Source: Eledone cirrhosa (Eukaryota). From it: a stretch of 64,000 bases of DNA. The notes beneath the pieces were generated by a model. The model saw only the letters and a program-made list of their open reading frames with translations. It searched no databases and had not been told where the DNA came from. Below, one piece after another: positions 50,768 to 64,000 of the stretch (positions within the stretch are counted from its first letter, which is position 1; each line of letters opens with the position of its first letter). The DNA lies in NCBI GenBank assembly GCA_964016885.1, contig OZ024743.1, forward strand, positions 267,158,001 to 267,222,000, read 5' to 3'. A program made the translations under genes and the position numbers.

Positions 50768-52890
50768 AATAGAATATCTAACATATCTTCTCATAAAAAC
50801 ATATTTGATGCTAACGCCAATTACTATAATAACGCACTTTCTAAAGCCGGCTATCCAGATAAAATCAAATATAATAAAGAAACAAATTCTAGAAAAACTT
50901 ACAGTAGAATAATTAATCATAACCATTCCAATAATTTTAATAAAAGACCTATATACAAAAACATAATCTGGTATAATGCTCCTTTCTCCATCTCTATTAA
51001 TAACAATATTCCTAAATTATTTTTTAGTGCCTTAAATAAATGCTTCCCTCCCTCACATATCTATAGTAAAATATTTAACAAACACACCATCAAATTTTCG
51101 TATTCTACATCCTCCAATATTTCCAACATCATCTCTAAACACAACAACAAAATATTAAATACTAAATCTCTTCCTTCCAATATTGAATTTCATAATAACA
51201 GTAATAGTACTCCCGACGTCATTGTAAACCCTGGGCTAACTTCTGTAAACCCAAATACAACGTCAAACACAACTTCGCTAAATGTTCATAATGCAACTCT
51301 AAATCAAGAAACTATTATTCCTATTATTCCTATCGCAAACAACTTCTCCAATCCAATTCCTTCTATAGATAACACTAGATCACTCATTAATAATCTCTCT
51401 AATTGCAACTGCCGCATTAAAAATAAATGTCCTCTCAACAACCATTGCCTCGATAAAAACTTAATTTATGAATGTAAAATTATAACTAGCACCAATTCCT
51501 TCACCTATTTTGGCTCCACTTCCACCTCTTTTAAAGCTCGTCTCTATAATCATCATTCATCTTTCAAATACAAACTTAAAAGAACTAACACTGCTCTCTC
51601 AGAACTCATATGGTCCTTAAAAGACAAAAACATTAAATATACCATCTTTTGAACAGCTCTCTATCTAAAATCTGTAATCTCTGCCTAAATGAAAAATTTA
51701 CCATTATCTCTAACCTAGATTCTATAATAAATAGACGCTCAGATTTGTTTTCTATCTGCCTGCATAAATTCCATAGAACTTTTCACAAAGTATACAGTTA
51801 ATATTCAATTCTTTATCAATTTAGAATCTTTTCTCAAAGGCACATATACATACACCTCTTTAAAATATACCCATCTACCTTACTTTAAAGGGCATTATAC
51901 ACTCTATAATACTCGTTTACTCATTACCCTCATTCTATCTTCTCGTAAAATCATAGCATTTGTTTTTGTCATTTGAATATTCATCCGCAATCATTATTAT
52001 TTTTTCTCTCTATCATAAATCTTTTTAATCTCAATTTCATCCTTAATTTATTATTATTTTTTTCTCCCTATCAACCAACTCATTATTAATACATATTAAC
52101 TCTTTATTCGCACATATCATATACAAACTTTAACTTCAGATTATTTTTCTCAAATCCTTCTACACACAAACCTTAACAATTTTCTCTTCGCTAATTTTGA
52201 AATTGCCACAATACATACATTTCTTCTTTTGACGTTAGAATATTCACCCACAATTATTATTTTTTTCTCTCTATCTTCATACATAATTTCCCTTCGTTAA
52301 TTTTCAAATTCCTTTAATTTATACATTATCTTCCAACGGTTCCCAACCTCTCTATATTAAAACAATATATCTTTTTCTCAGTTATAAAAACTATCTCTTT
52401 CTCTCTATCACCCATCTCTCCCTCTCCACCTTCACTCTCATCTTCTCCCCCCTTTTTTTCATCCTTTCCACCCCCACCCCCTCCCTAAATAAAATATTTT
52501 TCCTCGCACATATCCTCCCTTCGTTAATTTTCAAAATTTTTAATTTATACAGTATCTTCCAACGGTTTTCAACCTCTCTATGTAAAAAATATATCTCCTC
52601 TCAGTTATAAAAACTATCTCTTTCTCTCTATCACCCATCTCTCCCTCTCATCTCCTCCCCTTTCATCCTTCCCCCCCTCTCTAAATAAAATATTTTTCCC
52701 AATATCACGCATCAATCTAAAACCATTTTTCATATGTTGATTTAAAACTGCACTATCCACAAGTGTTTTTTAGCCTTCATATCATGTTCTCCTGTTTTAT
52801 CTGATGAAAACACAAATATTATTGCTTGATGATGTTTGTTTTTGAAATGCGCATAATAAAATATATGGAACTCCTTTAACCATCTTTTGA
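50760..52890 (+). pseudogene. 5'-truncated PLE of a third lineage (RT thumb, linker, GIY-YIG, long 3'UTR)
   Basis: YYNNALSKAGY, IIWYNAPFS, KIFNKHTIKFSYS, CNCRIKNKCPLNNHCLDKNLIY, YFGSTSTSFKAR, TALSELIW. After TGA 51650 another frame gives CNLCLNEK...NRRSDLFSICLH. UTR duplication at 52290-52700. Confidence 0.85.
52793..52863 (+). ncRNA. Intact minimal type I hammerhead ribozyme
   Basis: TGTTTTAT-CTGATGA-AAACACAAATATT...GATGTTTGTTTT-GAAA-TGCGCA (palindrome)-TA-ATAAAATA. Confidence 0.85.
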
Positions 52891-52893
52891 TCT

Positions 52894-52937
<44 letters not shown>

Positions 52938-52960
52938 GCACACATATATATATATATATA

Positions 52961-53086
52961 TATTTTATAGAAGGAGCTTCTACAGGACTAGTACTGTTTC
53001 ATTCAGATGAAATCTTCAGGAAGCTTCCTGAAGATTTCATCTGAATGAAACAGTACTAGTCCTGTAGAAGCTCCTTCTATAAAATA
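52961..53086. repeat. Perfect 126-bp palindrome containing hammerhead cores
   Basis: Centre AAGCTT at 53021-53026. Each arm reads CTGAAGA-TTTC atct GAAT-GAAA-CAGTACTAG-TC. A diverged single arm lies at ~23492-23547. Confidence 0.85.
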
Positions 53087-53157
53087 AAAAATGTTACTCT
53101 GCCATGTATTGAGTACCTTACTTACTGTGGTTATCCCCGACTCAACCCGGGACCTAC

Positions 53158-53216
<59 letters not shown>

Positions 53217-53585
53217 GATAGATAGAAATATAGAGTATATATATAATATATAATATATACATATATATGTGTGTGTGTGTATGTGTGCGTTCGTGTGTGT
53301 GCGTGTATATACATATTCGACGGACTTGCCCGTTTTTTTTATGGTTATGCCTGAAATGTTACTTTAATCCACCTACTGATTTATATATCAAGTCGTATTT
53401 AGTGCCGATGACACCGCCAGGATGGAATGTTTGATAGAATAATTTTATTAGTTCTTATATCATGAATATGGACCAGATTAGATTTTCCAAGGAATTTATC
53501 CCAATGGCAAATATGTCTCCATTCTCCAGGGTCAGCAGTTAGTGTAAGAGGTATGCTTACATATTTAAAAATAAAATATACCTGC

Positions 53586-53620
<35 letters not shown>

Positions 53621-54128
53621 TATATATATATAGATATATATAAGTGTGTGTGTATGTATGCATACTTATATTTACATATTTAAGTTTGTAATTTAGTTTG
53701 TCTTTATATATGAGTAATATTTTGCCTACATTACGTTCACGGTTCTGGAGTTGTATGAGAGTACCTTGGGTCAGTAGTCCTCAATTATCCAAAGGAAATG
53801 CTCACGCCATCTGAGTTGAGATTAGATCAGAAATGAGTTAGTCCCACCAATGTTGCCACTCGTGAAGGGATAGACATTGGAGATTTTGCCAGAAAGTGCA
53901 TAACTAAAGACAGGGGAAGACATCAAGCTTGTAAATGTGTGTGTGATAAAGTGTCCACGACTCTGTGACGTATAAGAGATGTATAGATAGCTATGTTTAT
54001 CAATATACGTATAAAATATACATTTACATAAATTGTGTGAGAGATACATAGATAGATATATGTGCATATGTGTATATAGCTATATATAGATATATACGTA
54101 TGAAATATATTTTGGGAAAAAATATGTC

Positions 54129-54185
<57 letters not shown>

Positions 54186-54193
<8 letters not shown>

Positions 54194-54441
54194 ATACTTT
54201 GGGAGGGTCATGTTGCCAATAAGAAACACACGCATCAGTTGCTTCCACTTCAATTTATTATAATAAATTTATAAATTTAGGGATTTATAAATTTCCGGTT
54301 GGTTGGTTGGTTCTACAACCAGATGGTTGTTTATATATTGTCAAAAGTTCTTTCGTCACACATTCTGTGACCTCTTCAGTGACTGGGGATTCTTTTCTTT
54401 GTTTATGTACCTCTCCTTTGTTCTGTCCTACGCCATCTTGT
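54186..54441 (-). mobile_element. PLE family B terminal fragment in (TA)n
   Basis: Homologous to 41541-41785. HHR motif at ~54340-54383, ending ATGACCCTCCCAAAGTATAACAATA. Confidence 0.85.
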
Positions 54442-54458
54442 ATATAGTATATATTATT

Positions 54459-54528
<70 letters not shown>

Positions 54529-54600
54529 TATATTATTTATATACGTGTATATATATATATATACGTGTATATATATATACGTGTATTTATATGTATATAT

Positions 54601-54717
54601 ATATGAACGAGTAGGACCCCGTCAGCTGAGCTCAATCCGTTTCGACGGCTAATTCTGGACCAGAATTAGCCGTCGAAACGGCTTGAGCTCAGCCGTCGGG
54701 GTTCTACTCGTTCATAT
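54601..54717. repeat. ~116-bp near-perfect hairpin next to (TA)n
   Basis: ATATGAACGAGTAG...AATTCTGG a CCAGAATT...CTACTCGTTCATAT, with a few mismatches. Confidence 0.85.
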
Positions 54718-54793
54718 TACCCACTCTACTACCCTAAGTATTGAGTACTTTGGTGCGTTATGGTCCATCTGCTTCCTTACCACATTTCCTTCG

Positions 54794-54828
<35 letters not shown>

Positions 54829-56907
54829 AGGGATAACAAAATATCGTCATAGGTAATCCAGTTAGAGGTTGTGAATAAGTTTTAGCGTACGGCGTTTTTG
54901 ACTCAACAAGAGGTTTACGTAGATGGCGAGTTTAAGATTTAACTTGTATTCCCATGTAAGTTTATATTGGAGTAATAAAATTGAAAAAGTGAAGAATAAC
55001 ATGGTCAACAGTACAAAAAAAAGGGGAATTTATTTACAGTCTAACAATTGTTTCTCTGATTGAGTTGTCTAAAAATTGCTGAACACTAGAAGCCTTGCCA
55101 CTCAATTTTAAATACTATGCTAGCTCAATCACACTCAAACACTGGTGTCCTAGTAGTCAATACCAGGTCGAAAGACAGAATATATACAATTCGTACAAAC
55201 AGATAGCATTGACAGATACATCAATTGTCTCCAGACAGCAGTTTCTTTTCGTTTGTTTGCTATTTACTAACTGTAAATAATGTTATGGAACTGACAAGCT
55301 GCTTATACATCTGCATATAATCGCGTGTCGGTTAACGCTGGCAGAGACACACATATATTTCTATATACATAGATCCTCCTATATATATATATAATATATA
55401 CACTGTATATATATCTGTGTGTATGCCTGTGTATGCATGTATATATGTATAAATAAATAAATATATATATATATATATACCTGTGTGAGTGTGTGAGAGT
55501 ATGTGTGTGTGTGTTTATATATATGTATAAATATATATATGAATAAATAGATATATGCATATGTATGCACATATGTGAGCGTGTATGTTTGTCTGCGTGT
55601 CTGTGTATTTGTGCTTGTGTGTGTGTGTTTGTGCTTATAGAAAGTAACATACATAATCCGGTGTGTGTTAAGTTTCTCGCTGCCTTTCGGCACATTTTCC
55701 CCATTTTCATAATTAATCGAAATAAAAGAAATAAAAATAAAACAAACGACGGCAACAGCAAAAAAAGAAAAAAAGTTCTGGATATTTTCCCCATTGGTCT
55801 TTTCACCTCATGTATCAATCTTTCCATCGACCCCAGTACGTTAACGTATGATTTGATAATTCAGGTGCTTTGGGGTATGAATCTTTGCGTAGGTTTCCTG
55901 TATGGCTATTCAATGTTTTAGTGTACATCTGTAACCTAGAATATTGAATGGCGTTGGTGAGGTTGGTTTATATTTTTCATACTGAGACCTATCTATAATG
56001 GATATTGTGTTGTGTTCCACAAAAGTTTCTTTCGGAACGGATAGTTCATTTCTTATGGAAATATGCATATGAAGTTATATTCATGTTCGTTTCTGAGTGG
56101 ACACGGAAAGAAATATCAAACTTAAAAGCATCTAATATATATATATATATTTGTTTTTATTCATTTCACCATCTCAGTGACCGGTTGTATGATTCCAAGA
56201 CATTTTATGTTACCAACTAATCAATAACATACTACCGCTGCCACTACCAATCATGTTGTGTGACGTATTCTGTTCTGTTGGTTGCATAGTTTTCAGTCCG
56301 TCTGTAAGCATTCTTTATACATTTCATACTTCCAATATTCGCAGTCCATTGGTACAATCGACAAAATCGACCGACAATACAATCTGGTATTAAATCCTCT
56401 ACAATACTGTTTTTACATACACATAATATGATATAGTGAAGTACGTTAGTATCCTTAAGTTCATATGACCCGTTGAGAGGAGGAGTTTTTCATATCAGGC
56501 CTGACCCTTAATATCAGAAAGATACTGCTAATGTAAATTTTCATCTGTTTGCTAGAAAATATTTCTTATTTTTGATGTTATATAAAATAACATAGGAATA
56601 TATTATGGCTACTATGATATTATAGTTTCATACACACACAAGTATTAGCAGCATGTATATCTACTTCAGCCACAAAGGTGTCCACTTGAACATATATAAT
56701 CATTTATAACTTTAAACAAATAGAAAATGCCAGAATAATATTAAATATACTCACTTCCATCATTAACATACTTAAAGGCATAAAAAACATGTTTAATCAA
56801 TATCTACATCGTTAATTATGTAGGTACGTATCTACATCGTTAATTATGTAGGTACGTATCTACATTCTTAAACATATATATATATATATATTAATAAAAG
56901 GAATGCC

Positions 56908-57290
56908 AATATTAAATGTTAAGTGTTAATTGAACAAGTACTTTCATGCTTTCGCAATCTACAGGTTTAAATTCTGTGGTGACAGTCAAGTTTGCAATTT
57001 TCAACTGTAATGAGAAAAAAATGTTGTGCCTTATATACAGTGAAAAGTGGCTACAGAATGCTATATCTTGCAAACTATATTTCGACCAATCGGTGAGTAG
57101 TTTCACTGGATTACTAAAGCTGATTGATTTACGTTGGTTGAGCATGTCTAACGACTACTATTTGACCCTATCCAAAGCATCAATTATTTTGCTATTTTTA
57201 GAAATTATGAAAATAGGATTTTCTAGTAATCATCACCATCAACATCACTTTTATTATTATTATTGTTGTTGCTGTTGTTAGTGGTCGTAT
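56908..57290 (-). mobile_element. Solo 3'UTR/pLTR of the Neptune-type PLE at 59400-61723
   Basis: Collinear with 59487-59885. Decayed HHR at 56931-56969. Confidence 0.85.
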
Positions 57291-58210
57291 ATATAAGTTC
57301 TCTTATCTGGGTAAATATATGTGTCAGACAAACTAGAAAGTGTACCGAATTCTGTATGAAAATATGTATAAGAAATCAGAGACAAAATGTATTTTAACTT
57401 ATTTTTGCTTCTTTAAAGTTATTCTGGACCAACAACAGCAAGTATAATACATGAACGGATTGCGAAGGGAGATCCATTTTCGAACAGCCGCACGGCAACG
57501 CATATGATATACCGTTGCATTTCAGATTCTACTGTATTCTCTTGCATTTCGGATTTAATTATATGGTTTTGACTTAGGAGTAGGGAGCCAAGCGTTTTAG
57601 GAACAATATATCTACTTACAATACTCCTACCTCAGAAATAGCTGGCCTAGTGAGCAAGTGAGCAATCGTCAAACAGACGCATCGAATTCAACAAATGTTG
57701 ATATTAACACTGAATTTAAAATGTGAAAAACCGCAATTGTTTACTTTTCAAATCAAAACGTTTATGGACAAATCTGGAAATAAAATATGTAAACTCATTA
57801 TCGATACTGCGGTATGTAGAACCAGTCAACGAACTGAACCTCTATATCCTTGTATGTCTTGTGCGAAATAAGAGCAACATCACTTTGAGTAAACTCTATA
57901 AAAGAAGAAAAGCGATGCATTGTATACTGTGCTTGAAGGTTGAAATTCCCTAACTTGAATGGTTAGGAGTTTTCGGATCTAAATAACAATGGTGATTAAT
58001 AAAATTATTGTTAATACTTACAGAGTCCTCTGATAGTTCTTGACAACCACTTAAGATAATGTGTAAAAGGAATTTAGATAATTGTGAATATAATTGCACA
58101 AATTATTTTAATGTGATTCATGCAGAGTTCTCCAGCCACTTCATTCGACCTGTTAAATGGATTACAGGGTGAAATAATTCATCAAGAACCCTAGACGTTG
58201 CTCCAGGACA

Positions 58211-58470
58211 TTCTTCTTCTTCTTCTTCTTCTTCTTCTTCTTCTTCTTCTTCTTCTTCTTCTTCTTCTTCTTCTTCTTCTTTAACTCATTTCTCTACCAG
58301 ACTTGAATAGTGGAGTCCCTATCCTCCATCTAAATCTGCAATACCCGAGCGGTCGTGTTTTGTTGAGGAAATCCCCGACTATATCTAGCCTGTAGAATTC
58401 AGCCTTCTCCACTAGTTCTTCATCCTTACTTGTAAGGGTTGTGATGTTGCAGGTTCCAAACGTTTGCAAA
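58211..58470 (-). pseudogene. RTE-like endonuclease N-terminal remnant adjoining (AAG)n
   Basis: FGTCNITTLTSKDEELVEKAEFYRLDIVG resembles GTWNVTSLxGKExELVxExERYRLDIVG. (TTC)n at 58211-58281. Confidence 0.55.
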
Positions 58471-58593
58471 AAAACAAAAACAAAAAGAAACAATGTCTTT
58501 ATGTAATTGATTTGATTTAGTTTGTCTAGTATGGAATTCCATTGCCAATTGTTTAAACTACATATGATGTATGAATATAACTATCTATGTATC

Positions 58594-58648
<55 letters not shown>

Positions 58649-59052
58649 AAAAGCCTTCGTGTGCTCCTATTTTTTAAGTAAAAAGAGATTCAAACACTCA
58701 TATAGGAAAAAACAACCTGAGCCCCCCACCCCCTTGTTTGAAGAACTTTATAACGCGAACTGGCGCAAAATTTATTATTACTTGTCTAAAAACCTGGCGT
58801 TTCGAGCCACTTTTTTCCATATAAAACAAGTAACATTCAAAGACCAACCAGATGTGAGAAAAACTACAGACCCTCCATCTCAACTTTGCTTTTGAAATGC
58901 AGAAGAAATGCGAAACCGGTAAAGGAACCAAATAAATATATATATATTTTTTTAAAATAAGACTCCAGTTGCATTTTCGATTTCATTTTTTTTTCTTCAT
59001 ACTTTCACTCGTGTAGGACATTTCGGTTATTTTTCATTTTGTAAAAAACCCT

Positions 59053-59391
<339 letters not shown>

Positions 59392-59399
59392 TAATAAGA

Positions 59400-62176
<2,777 letters not shown>

Positions 62177-62820
62177 AGTAAAAAGGTAAAGAACCCACTT
62201 TCAATCACGAATTAATACAGGACTTGCACCTAGATGGTTTCCCCCCGAGACATACACCCGAGCAAGGAAATATTAGTGTCTGCAGTTCTTTTCACATGCC
62301 CACACAAGAGCAAGAATGAAGGATTCATTCTACTGACATGGCTATAAAATTGAGGCTTATTTGCATAATTGCAACCGAATCGAATGTTATTATTAATATT
62401 CGAAAAACTTAGATTACATTTATTGTATTCAGCCAGGTATAGTGAAAATGTTCTTTTTTATTTGAATTTGGCAAAGCCGGCCATTTATCGCTCGTATACA
62501 GGAAATTGACTGGCCAGTCTGCTGATATGCAAATCTGGTTGATCAGTCGATCTGATAATATGCAAATCAGGCCGATCAGTCACTGTGTATTCTTGAAAAT
62601 AGCATATATTTTCACAAGCTCTGACAGTTTGGCAGGTGAACAGTGAGCTGTAGTGAAGAAGGGTGACACCCAGAAACATCCTGGGTATCACCCTTCATGA
62701 GTTCTGTTTACATGCCAACACAACAGCAAGAATTAAAGGGGCATTCTACTGACATGGCTAAAAAATTGAGAGTTGTTTGCATAATTGCTAAAGAATCGAA
62801 TGTTATCATTAATATTCGAA

Positions 62821-63010
62821 GGCGGTGGATTGGCAGTATCGGTAGAGGGTCGGACGCCATGCTTTATAGCAAAGAATTACGGCCCTTTATGGTCTGAATT
62901 CAAATCCCGCTAAGGTTAACTTTGCCTTTCATCCTTACGGGGTCGATAAAATAAAGTACCAGTAATACACTTGGATATTTTCTGGCCTTGTGCCAAAAGT
63001 AGAAACAATT
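62821..63010 (+). mobile_element. Full-length tRNA-derived SINE with target-site duplication
   Basis: A/B boxes and ATT tail. ATTAATATTCGAA is duplicated at 62808-62820 and 63011-63023. Inserted in the repeat homologous to 36045-36395. Confidence 0.9.
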
Positions 63011-63082
63011 ATTAATATTCGAAAAACCCAGATTTCATCTATTGTATTCAGCCATGTAGAGCGAACATTTTATTTTTTATTT

Positions 63083-63135
<53 letters not shown>

Positions 63136-63139
<4 letters not shown>

Positions 63140-63300
63140 TGGAGAATAACATGGTCAACAGTACACAAAAGGGGATTTATTGGCAGTCTAACAATTGTTT
63201 CGCTGATAGAGTTGTCTAAAAATGGCTGAACACGGAAAGCAGTGCCACTCAATTTTAAATACGATCTTACCGCTATTAGATCATCGGAAACTGTTAAAAA
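63136..63300 (-). mobile_element. PLE-like terminus with a long-stem-II hammerhead variant (partial homolog at 54985-55115)
   Basis: Minus 63293-63184: CAGTTT-CCGATGA-TCTAATAG...CTATCAGC-GAAA-CAATTG-TT-AGACTG. Abuts (TA)n. Confidence 0.55.
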
Positions 63301-64000
63301 TATATTTATGTAACCGGCAAATTTACAAATTCAAATTACATCATCAATCATCATATTAATAATAAAGATATAGAGAGGAAAGGAGGAAGAAAGGGAGATA
63401 GATATAGTAAAGAAAGAAAGGAAAGAAAGGAGAAAGAAGAAGAAAAAGAAAAAGAGAAAGAAGATGAAAATGAGAAATTATTATAGATAGAAACATAAAG
63501 AGAGGAAGATATATAGAAGATGATGGTAGATAGAGGACAGACAAACATAAGTAAAAATACCTTAGGATAGAAAAAAGAATAGAGGTACACATAGATGAAT
63601 AAACGTTAATACATGAATAAATGTAAATAAAAATAAAAATAGATAAATAAAAAATAAAGGAAAAAATATATAAAAAAATATATAAAAATTGATAAATAAA
63701 GAAATAAATAAGTTATATCTAATGTGATATAAAATGGTATAAAATGTGAAACATAAAGAATAAAAATAAATACGTAAAAGGAGTAAAAAGAGTAAAAATG
63801 TGCGAAGAATATTTAAACATATTAAAATTATTGATAATGGTTTTTAAGAATTGTTGAAATATATGGAGAGATAATGAGGTGAAAATATGAAAATGTTAAA
63901 TATAATTATGTGTGTATTGGTTATTTTAATAAATAAATTAATTAATTAGTTTTAAGTTATATTATATGATAAAATAAAATGACAGAGAAGAAATAAATTT

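Noticed and set aside
51650-51652. TGA in a GIY-YIG region as possible selenocysteine (reported for some Naiad PLEs)
   Set aside because: It sits where Trp is expected and is followed by a deletion/frameshift. The 1210-aa ORF has no in-frame TGA.
56232-56386. Possible small minus-strand exons in unique DNA
   Set aside because: Short, with no recognisable homology, and expected by chance.
58885-58925. GAAA-CCGG-TA motif (similar at ~34995-35035 minus, and a related HHR-like remnant at 9361-9426)
   Set aside because: Probably old HHR remnants, but the CUGANGA core is too decayed to call.

Overview
AT-rich, microsatellite-dense eukaryotic DNA with no confidently identifiable host gene. It is probably a cephalopod (octopus-like), inferred from the SINE family and the repeat landscape. 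The window is almost entirely mobile elements. (1) A young Penelope-like element (PLE, probably Naiad-type) at 43037-50568 has an uninterrupted 1210-aa RT+GIY-YIG ORF, a direct pseudo-LTR and a 2.6-kb inverted copy, and is inserted in (TA)n. (2) There are solo and fold-back pseudo-LTRs of the same family and a sister family, plus remnants of three other PLE lineages. (3) Many short non-coding elements in (TA)n combine inverted and tandem repeats with minimal type I hammerhead ribozyme (HHR) motifs, like retrozymes. (4) A co-oriented chain of three Tx1/L1-type LINEs and three tRNA-SINEs is linked by (ATT)n. (5) There are also non-autonomous Helitrons (one concatemer), a deleted mariner-type element, and R4/Dong and RTE remnants. 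The most notable system is the PLE/hammerhead/(TA)n ecosystem. All alignments, folds and clade names were done by eye.
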